DNA of 58,594 nt, counting the filler, from Catajapyx aquilonaris (taxonomy: Eukaryota): NCBI GenBank assembly GCA_000934665.2. It is 2 parts of 2 records of this genome, joined end to end, with 100 filler letters (N's around TTAATTAATTAA, not from the genome) between each part and the next. Parts side by side here need not be neighbours in the genome. Positions count along the whole stretch, not along the records: positions 1 to 28,510 come from JYFJ02004909.1; positions 28,611 to 58,594 come from KZ539247.1. One strand, written 5' to 3'. Shown piece after piece: positions 24,570-38,500 of the stretch. The notes under the pieces are model-generated. The model made no database searches and was not told the DNA's origin. It saw nothing but the letters and a program-made list of their open reading frames with translations. The position numbers and the translations under genes were made by a program. Each line of letters opens with the position of its first letter. Position 1 is the stretch's first letter.

Positions 24570-25625
24570 GATTGAACGAGTGATTTTTGAAGGCCCTGTT
24601 GGGTTTGTCACTGACAATCACAATGGTTGTCACAATAGTTCAAAAACCTCAATTGCCAAAATATGTTTCAGAAATGACACAATTTCAAGATTGTGAAAGT
24701 CCGAAATCAACCAGTACTGAACGTGCACATAAGCCAACTGTTTTGTTATTCTCAAAGGAACTTAACCACACCCAATGCTGATTAATGATCCTGAAAAGGC
24801 GGTCCGCTGCGTTGAAATAGTGTCCATTAATTTTGTCATCCTTTGTTATGGGCGTGCTCATTGTTAAGAAAATATTATAAGCACTTAAGACACGCAATAA
24901 CCACATGAAGTGTGTATTGATAATGGTTGAGAAAGATCGTAGACCACTCCCTCTACAATATTTATCTAACTCGCTTTATATCGAACTAACTTAGTTGCAT
25001 AAGAGCTATTATTCTTTTATTTCTATTGTGTCTGAATTGTCAGTGATTAATGAATTTCCAATTCCAGTGTCTGCATAACCGGTAAAGAAAATCTAAAAAT
25101 AAAGTTATTGTCTCACAATATCCCATTGGTGGGGCACAAGAAGAAGATATTCCATCACTTGTAGGGATTGACTCGCTTTGCGAGGCGGGGCGGCTTCGCC
25201 CCCCCCCCCCNCCGGCACTCTCCGATGCGAACATAGCAATTCTTTTTACCCAAAAATCGGTCGGAGCGGGGTGGCATCCGTTTACAGAACCCATGACGCC
25301 ATCGCGAAAGGTGTGGAGTAGGAGAATGCGCCCTAGCTGACGTATGGTGAGAAAAGGCACTGAGATGGGATTAGAGTAGATCCAGATTGTGAGCAGATGG
25401 GGGGAGGGAACGCCGCGCCGGAGAGGGGCTATTGTTCTCCGGCGGCTTAATGAGGAGCAGATGGACAAGCTGGCACGTGCAAAAGTCGACTTTTTGCCAA
25501 GACCAAAACGGCTGGGAATTTTGCGATTTTGAGGATTTTTGGCATCGCTAAACATGTGGCAAGAAATCCAACGGAATTTCAACCAGAGCTCTACGACCTC
25601 GGGAAGTGCGAAATCTTTTCCCTCC

Positions 25626-25674
25626 TATATCCTATATCCTATATCCTATATCCTATATCCTATATCCTATATCC
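25626..25674. repeat. (TATATCC)7 microsatellite
   Basis: Seven perfect heptamer copies. Confidence 0.9.
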
Positions 25675-26260
25675 TCCTCGGATTGGGGCTTTATATATAT
25701 TAGAAGAAGAAGAAGATGCTAATAAAACTACTGTAGTTTCTGGGGCAAATATTCCATACCTTCCCACCGCAATTGGGACCTCGTGTTTCGCCAGCGTCGA
25801 TATCTTTCCCATCTTATACATTGCATCTGATTTATCGAGGCAGGCCACAATTATTGCCATCGATCATCTAGTCTTGCTTGACCATTTACAGTTTTACACA
25901 TTTTGAGTAATAGACACTCATATGCTTACACCATGTTACGTAACATGTACCCTCATAATTGTGAAATTTTTAGGCAGATATCGGCCAGATCAGCCAGTCG
26001 TCCTCTTGGGTGTCGGCATCTAAAATTAAGTACAAAGATCAAGACAAAGACTCAAAAACAAACCACACACAAATGGCGGCCCAAAATGACAACTGGGTTC
26101 GAAGTGGCCCATACCTATGTGAAAGGTGTTTCCGACGTATTTTGGGCCGCTGCGTCACCCTGAGAATGTTAAAACGCGATAGAAAGCATGCTAAAATAAT
26201 GATCTACGCCATTCAGAGCTGAAAACCTGCCTGACCGCCAATGTATTTTGCCGCCAAAAG

Positions 26261-27003
26261 TCCTGACTGCCAATTTCCTTTACCGCCAACTGCGCAACTT
26301 ATTCAATCTGAGCCTGAGAATATTCAGAAAGCTGTCATATAAGCTGCTACTTTCAGCCCCACTTTCTAACTATGTCGCCATTTTGGATCCGGATCTAGCA
26401 ACTTATTATTTTCAGCGGATTGAGCCTAATAACCGCTTAGAGTAAACCCTTGCGACTTATTTGGCTGCGTCGCAGCGGTGGGATCAGCAGGGGATAGGCG
26501 GTTGGCAAAGCCACAATAACGCTCGTTGGCCTGCGGCGGCACAAGATGGACAGTAAATGTTGCGGATACGAAACCCACAATGAGCGCCCAGCTCCGCTAA
26601 CGCTCCGCATTAACTAAAAATATCATGCAGGGCGACGAACCATGCCTGGCGGGACCACAACAGATGACAGTAAATTGTTGCGGTAACATAAAGCCATACA
26701 GCATCACCAAGACAAAGGACAACTCCATCCCTCATGTTGCCGCGTCACTCAAATATGCCCATATCAGCTATTATCAGCTATTATTATTAGCTTTAATCAT
26801 AACCTGCTAGATCCGGATCCAAAATGGCAGACCAATTACAGCATGGGGCCGAAAATAACACCAAGCTGCTATATCCATAAGCAGTTACAGCTTTCTCAAT
26901 ACGCTCAAAGGATCGTGACGTCTTCCCACATATGGCACACCACTAAAACAGCCTGATATGGAGCCCTATTCAGTTTGGCGGTAAAGGAAATTGGCGGTCA
27001 GGG
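26261..27003. mobile_element. MITE-like element with long imperfect inverted repeats
   Basis: cctgactgccaatttcctttaccgccaactg vs cagtttggcggtaaaggaaattggcggtcagg; inner pair gccattttggatccggatctagca / tgctagatccggatccaaaatggc; TSD not clear. Confidence 0.6.
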
Positions 27004-27688
27004 AAGCGGTCCCTGAAAACTGATTGCCAAGCAGTGCTTAATGTGACAATTAACATAGACGCAATTATCACACTGCTCATCAACTACAGTAAGTTGTTGA
27101 ATCCGGATGTGCTATCTCAGAATTTTCCCTCTTATAGTCGCCTCATCCGACTAGTTTCGCGTTTCAGTAGCGTCGATATCTGAGTTTCAAACATGGATAT
27201 CTTCAAAATGAGAATTTTGAGATGTCCACCCCATCTGCTGGCTAGAGTGGAACTACATTAGTTCCTGAAGCAGCAGTAACAAAAAATTACCATCTTCACA
27301 TCATTCTGCTGCGGCGAAAATCGTGGTAATTTCAGAAGGTAGCTATCTTCGGGAGCATGGTAGGATCAAAAGTGACTACTGAAAAGTTGAGCCAGTTGAA
27401 GATAGCCATTTTTGAAACGCCACGACTCATCTTTCCCATCTTAAACCTTACCTTACCGTATATCTGATTAAGCGAGGTAGGCCACAGTTGCTATCGATCA
27501 TTTAGCCTCGCTTGACCGTGGCATTTTGAGGAATCGGCACCAGTAGAGTTCAAGTCCCTTGTTCATACCTTAGACCATATATACCTTGTATGGCCATTGT
27601 ATTTATTGTATGGCCATTGTATATACCATATATGGCCTTGTCCACATTTTGTGTGATCAGCGCCAACAGTGACAATAAAATTATATTA

Positions 27689-27795
27689 GGCCGGGCGTGG
27701 TTATCGCACAGGTCCCGAGTTCGATTCCTGGATTGAACAGAAGATAGAGCTTCGATGGGTTCTCTCCGTGTTCGCGTGGGTTTTCTCGGGACACT
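27689..27795 (+). mobile_element. Truncated tRNA-derived SINE (same family as 57925-58205)
   Basis: B-box-like gagttcgattcc followed by gttctctccgtgttcgcgtgggttttctcggg. Confidence 0.6.
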
Positions 27796-28510
27796 GCAGA
27801 GTGTACCTGATTACTTGAAGTTCATTACGATTTATTGTAATGCAGTAGACTGATGCAGGTTATGAATACCTTTATGGAGAGTTTTTCTGAGCTCCATATA
27901 TTCTCATAAATTCACATTGCATGCAATGGTATCTGTCAATGTCATATCAGAAAAGTGGTTGAAAGTGGTCAACCGGAATGGTTTTCTAAATCGCGGGATC
28001 AAAAGCTACTTTAGTGTAAAAAATTGACATGGAAATTTCAGTGCAAGTTCTTATCCCCTCCATAGCACTGCCTTACACAGTTGGGAATAATTTGACCGAC
28101 GCGACGTAGAGTAGGTAAGATAAGCATAGTTGCAACCTCAGTTACACTTGTGACAACTATATTCCAACTCGTATCTGCTTGCCATGATATAGTGGTGGTG
28201 GCCAAGTACTTTTCAGTTAGAATACTAGAACACCACCAAAAGTGTTCACATTAGGCTGCCATTACACTGCCATTAGGCAGTGTAATCGCTCTTTCAGATA
28301 TGACACGCCTCCACCAAGAAGGCGTAAGTGCGCCAGAATAGGTAAGTGAACCTGATAGCAGGAATACGTGGTACAGAATAAGTACTAGTATGTTAGCGAG
28401 CAGTCATGGAGTTGTTTGGACGTGTCCTGGTGTGGCTGGTGATGATTGTGAGAATAGTGTTGGGAAATAACATTAGCCTGGACAAGGATTCGGAGGAGGA
28501 CGAGTCTGTG

Positions 28511-28610
28511 NNNNNNNNNNNNNNNNNNNNNNNNNNNNNNNNNNNNNNNNNNNNTTAATTAATTAANNNNNNNNNNNNNNNNNNNNNNNNNNNNNNNNNN
28601 NNNNNNNNNN
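28511..28610. other. Artificial contig-joining linker
   Basis: Exactly 44 N + TTAATTAATTAA (stop codons in all six frames) + 44 N = 100 bp. Confidence 0.95.
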
Positions 28611-31167
28611 GGCTGGGAGTAAACATGCCTCGTTTTTTTCCCCCTCTCCCCTTTTTTTCCATTTTCCCCTCTCTTCCCCCTAAACTTGGCCCCCCTCTCC
28701 CCAGTCAGAATTTATGGCTCTGAGACCATGGGGGGAAGTGGGGGGAGAAAATAATGAGAAGGGAGCAAAAAGGCGAGGAGGGGGAGAGAAAGCATTTATC
28801 CCCGCCGTTCCCGTGTCTTCAGCTCGCTTTGTTTTGAAACAAAAGGCGTGGACGGAGACGAAGAGTGTCCTCAGGGTGGTCCCTCTTTTCCAATATTAGG
28901 CATCACCCCAGTTATTAATGCAGGCTAAGAGATCGATCTATATCCCCCCCTTCCATGCACCGTATCGGATTATTGATACCAGCATGCTTCAATTGGATCC
29001 GAAATGGCCGTCGTGTCACAGTTGGGTCCCTATTGGATTCAAAATGGCTGCCGTCATTCCACACGATTGACGCTCCTTACTTTCCATATTGGATTCAAGA
29101 TGGCCACCGTGATGTCACCCCCATCTAGCTGCCAAACCGGAAAACTCGACCACTAATGATGCCAGGAGGTGTGCACACACTTTATTTCTAATCAGCAAGT
29201 CCGTGTATGGGGGGGAAAGCGGGGGGAAGGGAAGCCTCCCTGCCTAGTCCCCCCTCCCGCTCTTATCCAGCATGAGTAATCCTTTGTCAAACATTTTCAA
29301 TTTGAGTACAGCGGCATATTTAGCATCCGGATGTGCAGTGGTAATATAATTGCTTTTCCCACCCCCTCTTTTTATTTTCCACCCCCCACCCCCTTTGTTG
29401 ATTTAAGGGAGTGCCAAACGTAGGCAAATAATCAACCGGGGACACACACACACACCAATCCGAAAGGTTCGTCGTCCTGTCACTATACCTACATTATGCC
29501 CAAATAACCGTGGAGAGATGATCGTAATTTAACCAACAAATAATAATTCCCTATTGACACCTTGCTAGTGACGTCACGGGGGGTCAAGTGACGTCAGCAG
29601 TCGCCGAAAATGAAAAAGTGACTCCTGAGGATCTGGTGATTGCGCTTGAACCCTCCAAGTGGCAACAACCGACAGGAAAAGAATTGAAGTGCCCTCTTCA
29701 ATCCACCCCCTGCTTCACTCCCTATCCCCCTCTTTCCTTCCCTCCCCCCACCCGACCGGGGCGTAATTGGCTGAGGGGAAAATGGCCTCTTGGGAAATTG
29801 TGGGGGGAGGCGGAGATCCCCCACTCCCTCTTTGAGAGCCGTTGATTGCTTCTACTTTATTTTTTTTTACGGCCCCTAGGGTATGGGTGGCCCCGGGGGT
29901 TGGGAAGGAGGGCAGGGACGACCTCATGTCCGATCTGATTTCCTTCCGGCACTTATTTACATCCTGGACAGGTCAGCGACGCAGAAAAACAATCCTTAAA
30001 AGTCACTGTCGAAGAGCCTTCCGCGCTACAGTTATCGTGAGTTGAGTCGAAGGCTGATCTTTACTACGCGACGTAGTGGCCCCCGCCAGGCGGTCCATTA
30101 GAGTAATAATTTTAGCTAATTGCGGAGTTGGGCCAACGAACGTTATTGTGGCTTTGCACTCGGGCGTCACATGCAGACGTACTCTCTAAATACGTCGCGC
30201 AGTAAAGATCTTCCGTGGAGGGCTGATCTTTACTACGCGACGAAGTGGCCCCGTCGCGTAGTAACGGCCACTCAATCTGCCATAAGCTGCTAAATATACT
30301 GGTTAAAATGAAGCAGCTTCGTTTTAATTCTGGTTTACTTCATGAAGCAGCATTCCTTTGCGTGGTGCCACCTGCTGAACGCATTCCCGTTCGCGTCGTC
30401 GGCAACCCTGCTCAATCCCATCAAGACGTCTCAGGGCCTTGTCGCATCAAGAGTTGAAGGGGGGGAGGGGATCGGTTAAAGGGGAGGCGGGGTGGAAAGA
30501 GGGGGGTAGGATTTGAGGGTGGGAGGGACAAGAATGGTTCCCAAATCAATAAGGGCTGATAGGGAAGCGGCCCTTATCCTGGGTCAAGCCACCGGGCGCC
30601 ACTTCCAACAACACTTCCCAACATGGCGCCACTTCAACTAAGAAGAATTCTATCGCTAAATATATGGCGGAAGGAACTATTGGATTCATGGAAAAAAACC
30701 TATCGAGGAGGTGGAGGGTTCTAATATGAACAATTCATAAGATGTCAATGGTTGGGAGTGCCAACAAGTGCAGCAAAAAAAAAATCTCCTGCAGAAACCT
30801 AGGGTCACGGGCCTCAAATCCCTCGATCGAAACATCCGGTTGAATTCATAAGGCAAGAAGATCCTAGACACGTGTCAGAGGTCAAACCGGAAGTTCAATC
30901 CTACACAGGTGGCACAAATCGAAGCTGATATCCAGCAGTACATTTCTATAGAAGTTATAATAATCTGCTCCATCTCACTTGTTTGTCCGAGGTGATAGTA
31001 CCAATTCCCCCGCATGACCCTGACAGTGGCAAGTTTACATAGTACCAAACTCCTCGTACAGACGGTGCATCCTAAGTGCAGGAGGATGCGCCAGCTATGC
31101 GAGAAGATGGTACTACCGTAATCAGTTGTGAAGGTGTGTTCCTATCAGTGTAAATGTGTGTAAAGGT

Positions 31168-31421
31168 GGACGCGCATTGCTATCCTTGTGAGGAATTTTT
31201 TTCGCGTTTTTCCTGTCCTTGTGAGGAATTTTGTCATTACGAGGTAGTTTTCCTGTACCTCATAGTGAACACATGCCTCACAAGGGTAGGGTAAAATCGA
31301 AAAAATACCTCATAAAGACACTAAAAATATATTTCACCAAAATTTCGAGTGTTTCTTGTAGGTTAGGTTAGTTTTAAATTTTAAATTTGGGGAAAACCTC
31401 ACAAGGATAGGGATGCGCGCC
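31168..31421. mobile_element. ~255-bp MITE-like repeat, copy 1
   Basis: Inverted ends gcgcattgctatccttgtgagg / cctcacaaggatagggatgcgc with internal TTAGG repeats. Near-identical copy at 43008-43266. Interrupts a ~30-bp minisatellite. Confidence 0.75.
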
Positions 31422-32289
31422 TGTGTGTGGTCATATCAGCGTAAATGTGTGTAAAGGTGTGGTCATATCAGCGTAAATGTGTGTAAAGGTGTGGTCTTAT
31501 CAGCGTAAAGTCGTAATATGGACAGTCGGGGGGCTTGGTAGGCAATGTTGGTACCCATGCTGGTGACAATCCGAGTGCGTGACATGTAACCCTGCCAATC
31601 TCCTCTCTTTTTTTTCATTATTTTCGCCCCCCAAAAAAGCATGCCGAAAGAGAGCATCCGGAATGGGCATGAATGCAGCAGGCAGAGAGGGGATTGAATA
31701 TGGTTGTCATGATTCCCGGATTCGCATCCGGCGGGAGGGACCGAACACACGCAAAAAGTGATGCCAACTGCTAAACCGCATCCAGGGGGTTTATCGACAG
31801 GGGGATCCAGAGAGTGTCATTGTCACAGAAAAAGTGTCACGCCTGAATTCTGTTTCCCGATGTGGTTTCCGTACACATTTTTTTTTAATGGGTGGGGGGT
31901 GTTGCCCCCCCCCCCCCCNTGCCCCCCCCCCTCCCCCCCGTGAGTGGGTAATTCCCCCCACCCACTTGTGAAGCGTGGGTGGAAAACTGGGAGGGCAAAA
32001 ATATTCCACTCCCATCCTCTCCCCCATCCGAAACTGATAATAGTACAACACGTGCATGGCCGTGTAAACGAGATTTTTGACACGCGTCATTCCATTGAAA
32101 ATATGGCCTACTCAATCAATCGCACCGCGTTGTTTTTCCCCCCCACCCTTTCGAGGGTGGGAGGCCACTGAGTGCCAAAAGACATGGGGTTGACACCACT
32201 GGCCAGTCCGGTTTGGNTTCGAGGGTGGGAGGCCACTGAGTGCCAAAAGACATGGGGTTGACACCACTGGCCAATCCGGTTTGGGGTTA

Positions 32290-32480
32290 CACTGTCAAGG
32301 TGTGTTCATATCAGTGTAATGTCACAAAAGTGTGTTCCTGTCAGCGTATTGTCGTAAAAATGTGCTCCTATCAACGTAATGTCGTAAAGGTGTGTTGATT
32401 GTCAGCGTAATGTCGTAAAGGTATGCTCCTGTCAGCGTAATGTCGTAAAGGTATGTTCCTATCAGCGTAAAGGTGCGTTC
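32290..32480. repeat. ~30-bp minisatellite (tcagcgtaatgtcgtaaaggtgtgttccta-like)
   Basis: About six degenerate copies; related units at 31120-31167 and 31422-31515. Confidence 0.75.
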
Positions 32481-34489
32481 GTGCCGCTGGAGACCTGGAG
32501 GGGTGTGCTTCTGAACGTGACAACCCCTAACATGGGGGGTAGGTTAGGGAAAGCAAGTTTAATGTAGCTGCCTCCTGTCAGGATTGTGATGGAATCCTCC
32601 TCCCCAACCATTTCGCTCTCGTCCTCTCTGCATGCTGCTGCTACTCCTCCTCCTCTCCCCAGCACCGCGAAAACCGCTAAGCTAGGAAAAATGGAGATGG
32701 CGGCAACGCCGGCGCCTGATGGGTCCCGATAACCGAATCGATTGCGGGGGGCCAGGCCTGCCAATACGAGAGCCGCTTCATGAATCCCTCGGGTTGAGGT
32801 GCAGGAGAAATAGCAGGGAGTGTGCTCCGGGGGTGGGTGCCACTCCCAACCCGTTTCTATGACGACGCATTCTCTCTCTCTCTCACCCCCTCTCTCCCTT
32901 TTCCTCTCCTCTCCCTCCCTCGAAAAGAATATGTAATTGGAAACCTGGTTCTTGCATAAGGAAACTTTTTTTTTTTGTCGATTCTTCGCCCGGATTCAAA
33001 CCCCTGGAGCTGTTCGCCGCTCGTGCAAGGAATTGAGAAGAATAGAGAAGGGGAGGGGGGGGAAACTTCCCCCCCCCCCCCCCAATCCCTTTCCCTACCC
33101 CAGCCAACTCCTCCCCAAGGATCTCATTTGCCCCCCACTTTTTTTTCCCTCTCTCTCAGGGGCCTATTGGTCTTAGGCGAAAATGGACTGCGTTTTCCAC
33201 ACTGTACAGGGTGAGTCAATATTTCAGCAAATCGTATGAATCAAGAATTCAATAATATCAGTTCAATTTCGGACAAACATTCTCGAGCTACAGCCAAAAT
33301 CATATTAATGTTGTATGGTTATGCCCTCTGATTGGTCCACCGCATGTTGTTACCGCGACGCTTCCGATTGGCCCCCCCTCACACAACAATAGGAGTGAAC
33401 ACTGTTTGCTCGTATTGTTGAGGTCATTTCCATGGAAACTTGAAAAGTGGGAGGTTCCAGAAGTGCATTCTAGGATGTCCTTTGACTATAGATGGGGACG
33501 AGATTTACCAATGTCCTCCGCCAACGCAGGCCGCGGGCCTAGAAAAAAAAAGCGAGCGAATCGAGTGGCTGTCTAAGCCTGTGCCCTATAGACAAATGTG
33601 ATCTATACCTTTCATTTAAATTGCATCTTCAGTATATAAATTATGTATACAGTATTTTATGACCGCACTAAAATAATGGCGAGAAGCCGCTGTGCAGCAA
33701 CTAGTGTGGCGAAATGGTTGTAGGTAGTGACAATGCTACATGAGATGAATGGTTATAACCTGTAGGCGCACCGCTGACTCACCCTGTAATAAAAAGCTGT
33801 GGGGGGGGGGGGTCCTATAGTGGTACTCATAATTTTTCACTCCCACACGCTCCATTTGACTAGCAAATCCGGGACATTTCCGCTCAATCTGTTTCGACCG
33901 CAAAAATTCCGGTGCAAAAATCCGGGGTGGGCAAAATTTTGTGGCGCTCAGACCCAATGCATAGTGTTCATACTTCCCTCCCCTCCAATCAAAAAATCAA
34001 CCTCCCCCCACACTGGCGACAGAGAATAATAAATGGACGGAGGGGGAAATACATTTCGTAACGCACTTTTTTTTCTGTTAGTGAAATATTGAACCAAGAT
34101 AAACCCCCATGTCCTCTAAAGAGCCGATAAAAAAAAAATCACTAACATGGATGGGGGGTGGGGGAGGGAGGTAACAAGTTATGCCTTAAGTGCTTCTGAT
34201 TCGATCTATCTCCATGACTACGACCGAAGATATGAACAAGACTACTTTGCAGGACAGCAAATATTGCTATAGACTGCTGGGAGGGGGAGAAAATAAAAAT
34301 AAAAGACAGACTGTAAACAACAAGGCCGGACTATTCCCAACATGAAGGGTAAAAATCACCCAATGGCTACTCTAAATCTCTTCACGCATACAATCACGCT
34401 TACAATCGCTTTATGCGTGATAATATGGAATCACGCTTATTTTTATACGTGAAGTGGCTTTTAAACGTACGTTGATCACGCATATGTGA

Positions 34490-34762
34490 CCGAAGCAGTG
34501 GTGGCGGAGGGGATATGGTATCCGACTGCTAATCGGGAGGTCCTGGGTTCGAATCCCGGTGCCGGCAACTCTAACCGTGGTTTTCTGTGGTTTCCCACGG
34601 TTCCTCCAGGAGAATTCCGGAGTTGTTTCCTAAACTAATAGGCCACAGCCGCCTCCTTCCTTTCCTATCCCAAAAAGCGCAGTAAAAAACGAAACGAAGA
34701 GTTCCAGTCAAAAAAATATATACATCCCCCCTAAAGAGCCGCCGGCTGATAACGGGGTATGA

Positions 34763-34840
<78 letters not shown>
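34490..34840 (+). mobile_element. tRNA-derived SINE with (ATT)n tail
   Basis: A-box-like tggcggagggg and B-box ggttcgaatccc; body ggttttctgtggtttccca..ataggccacagccgcctccttcc; 3' acggggtat followed by ~25 ATT units. Confidence 0.8.
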
Positions 34841-35510
34841 GTTATAATATGTCCACTGTATATGCGTGAAAATCTTTGCTTTATGCGTGAGAGAATGACG
34901 TTTACAAACGTATGCGTCATTCCCTCACGCATATTGAAGCACCTGCGTCATACGACCTATAGGTGACTGCATAACACGCAGTACATTCCCTATACTATGC
35001 TATAAACAAAGCAGCGGGGGATTCCCCATAATAATCTCTCGGGTCAGACTCATTTGCAATTATTTTGGCGAGAAAAGGTGGGAGGGCTTGAGGAGATGAG
35101 TGTTTCAACGCTTATAGATTGTCTTTGTCGCCATAGCTTCATAAATGCAAATGGGCCGCGTGCTAATCCGTTTATCTTGGGCCCGACAGATGGCGGAGCC
35201 GGACTTTAGAAGGCGAGATGGAGGGGGGGGTTTAGTGATGAGGTTTTGAGGGCGCCTCGCGCTTCTAAACTTAGGACTATGGCTTAGGACTCGAGCTTAA
35301 AATTTGCGATCTCCCAGAGAAATTCAAGGCCGCATCAATTTGGCATGCAAATAGTAATTAACCAGTCGGAATTACACTCGGATGCAAAAAAAAAGGAGGC
35401 CATTTCGTGTGCCTGGCCATTTCCCATGGTAATTAACAATGTGAATGAGGCGCCATGATTTTCTCATCCCATTTCCCTCAGTACGATCAATGTTCATAAA
35501 ATGATCTTAC

Positions 35511-35555
35511 CTGTTTGTGCATCTCCACGTTGAGTCCGTAAGACATCTCGTAGTA
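35511..35555 (-). CDS. gro: groucho coding exon 4 ([15 protein letters not shown])
   Basis: 45 nt, tttattacag| ... |gtaaga, phase 0-0. Confidence 0.95.
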
Positions 35556-38500
35556 CTGTAATAAAGAGGCGATAATTGATTAATTGGCGAAATTGGCGAC
35601 ATGTCATGATTGCTGGCCAGGCTAATCGCAAGGTTGATTTATATTTTTTGCATGTTTTTTTTCTCCGCAATTGTCAGCCTGGCCAGCAATTGCCTGGAAG
35701 TTGTTGCCATGTTTATCCAACATGCGATGAGTCAAACTTGGCAACATCCTCAACGTGCACTATTCATGCAGTGGTTAATAAGCTGAGCGCAAGCATTAGG
35801 ACAACACTGGTCAATGGGATCAAACTGATCAGTAATAAATTGGCCATCAGTGACACCACTATAACCAATCACGAACAGGGTTGTCGATTGGTATAATTTA
35901 CGTGAACTATTCTTACGTTTACAATCGTTATTAATTTTACTCGAATTTCTTCTGTAGAGTATTAGCCAATGTTTTGAACAACATTTTGATTGACCAGAGT
36001 TTAGATGATTTGCTATGAACTATTAGTTTCTACCAATAGCGTGCAAGGAAGTGGGCCAAAAGCGGCTCATCTGCATATTTTTAGTGACATAAAGAAAAGC
36101 AGCCGGAAGAAGATGGGGGGTGAAAATATTTCCGCCCTCCACCTACTCCCCCCTTTTTTTCCAAAATAATTAAAAACGGAGGGACAGGGAGGAAGGGATG
36201 ATTTATCTTTTTTTGTAACAGGGCCTCTGTACTCACCATCACATAATGCCTTTGCATTTCCGTTTTCTCTTGCACTAACTTTTCCAATTCCATTTTTAGA
36301 CTGCAAAAGAAAAGAAGAAAAAAAAATGCGACAGGGGCCCGATGAGTGAGGAGCCAGGAATGTAAACACACATCGCAGCCACACACATCACAAGAAAAAA
36401 CACACGGCAGACACACACGAAAATAATTAGTGATCTGTGTGACAATCAAATAAATAAAGTGAGGCTAAAAAGAGGCAAAAGCGCAAGCTTTGTAAGGTCA
36501 CGTGACGCGGCCACTAATTCTGGAGCCAAAATGGCCGACGCCACGCGGCCTTTTTTTGTATATAAATTGCGGCCAACTATTTCAACTATCACCTAATAGT
36601 GAGATGTATTAGAGGTGGGTGGGGGGGAAATTAAGTGATCGGGGTTGAATTGGGGGTGACACTGGACCATCATCGTCTGGTGCGTCATTCATCAGTGATT
36701 GACTGGCGTTTGCACTTTGATACCTCTCGACCAGGTTTTAACACTACTCGAGTTTGTTGACATTTCTTATCCGACCGGTGATGTCAGCCACTGGTGATAC
36801 GGATAGTGTGTCAAGTGCTTCGTAATTCAACAAAGTCGCGCTCCCTTCCTTGAAACACATCGAGAGAGAAAAAAACAACGGCTTTGACGCAATCAGAAAT
36901 AATACCGACTATGGATTCAAAATGGCGTTTAGATTGGCACCACTGCGTACACCAACCGTAACGTTTTTGATTGGCCATATAAATCATGTTTGGACGATAA
37001 CTGGCCAGGTGCTGCTCAATTTGGTGACCACTGGCAGTAAAACAGGCTGACCTTTTCCCCGGGTGTGCCACTGGTCAACAGGCTAGGTGTTGCCTAGCCC
37101 AGCATGACAAGTTCGGTTCCCACTAATAAACCGGTATTAACATTGGTTTCGGGGCTGTCACGACCAAGTGCCCTGTTTGACCATTCAGGTAACCACTCGC
37201 CCCTAACCACGGTTAACCATACTATTTGGTTGCCAACCCAACCATTTCCATACCCATTATCATTGTTGCTGTTTGACCAACAGGCACTACAGTCCCAATC
37301 ATATCCTTCGAGAGCAAATCTTGGGTAATCCATTACAAACTGTGCAAGTCCCTATAAACTAGCACAGTCCCATGTAAACCGAGAAAGTTCCAAGTAATCC
37401 CGTCCCCACTGAACTCAAGGCTCCGTGCACTGAACTGATAAAATCCATGCTAAACCGGTTTATCCAACAGGAAATCCCGCGGAAACCCCATCCAGTCCCC
37501 AGTAAACCGCCTGCATTCCTCGTAAACCGGTTTATCCAACAGGAAATCCCGCGGAAATCCCATCCAGTCCCCAATAAACCGCCTAAATTCTTCGTAAACC
37601 GGTTTATCCAACAGGAAACCCCATCCAGTCCCCAGTAAACCGCCTGCATTCCTCGTAAACCGGTTTATCCAACAGGAAATCCCATCCAGTCCCCAGTAAA
37701 CCGCCTGAATTCCTCGTAAACCGGTTTATCCAACAGGAAATCCCGCTGAAATCCCATCCAGTCCCCAGTAAACCGCCTGAATTCCTCGTAAACCGGTTTA
37801 TCCAACAGGAAATCCCATCCAGTCCGCAGTGAACCGCCTAAATTCCTCGTAAACCTGGTTTTGTTAGATTTGCAGACTGCAAATAGGACCCGTGCCTCTC
37901 TCCTCCAGTTTTGGTGACACGAGTGGCATCCGAGTTTGCATGGTTGGTAGATGAGGCAACATCGGGGCCCTCGCTGGCTAATTGGCGCTCGGCGGGTTAG
38001 AGATGTCGACTGGAGAGGATGGTGGAGGGGGATGGGAGGTGGGTGGCAGTGTGGGGCCGGCCTGCCTGACCACGCCGATTAGCTCGGTCGCCGTGCGGGG
38101 CCAGAGGGGGGGAGGTTGTGGGCTAGCCTAGGGGATGGGGGAGGAGGAGGAGGAGGAGAGGTTCTCTCTTGCTCTTCATTCCTGGGCCTGGTGTTCGCCT
38201 AGTCCCGGTGTTCGCCTAGCTCCAAAAAAGCCCCTCCTCTTTAATACCCCCCAATGAATACAAATCAAGCTATACTTGCGAGACACCCCAAATATTGAAC
38301 TGCATGCAATTTCATACCCGTTTTTATACCCATCCTGTCTACACCGTGCATAATTAGCCAAGCATTTCTTCACACGACTAGTACCCGGTTCTAATCAACA
38401 CCCACCCACGCCTTCCTCCAAATTGGGAGCAGGAAGTCTGCAGAAAAGTTCTTTCCGCTCATTGTTTCCCATGTGAAATAATCCCCGCCCCCAATCATTC

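Noticed and set aside
32150..32284. 67-bp tandem duplication
   Set aside because: The copies are separated by a single N and differ at one base, typical of an unmerged contig overlap or allelic artefact
34496..34570. Possible tRNA gene (also 57925-58000)
   Set aside because: Pol III boxes continue into a SINE body and (ATT)n tail; no clean cloverleaf
28611..35510. Searched by eye for groucho exon 5 (TEIAKRL..) and a third exon-3 copy
   Set aside because: No matching codons with splice sites found; probably beyond the contig end, and tblastn would confirm
37451..37855. CRISPR-like array (also considered for 20961-21890)
   Set aside because: No unique spacers, no cas genes, eukaryotic context
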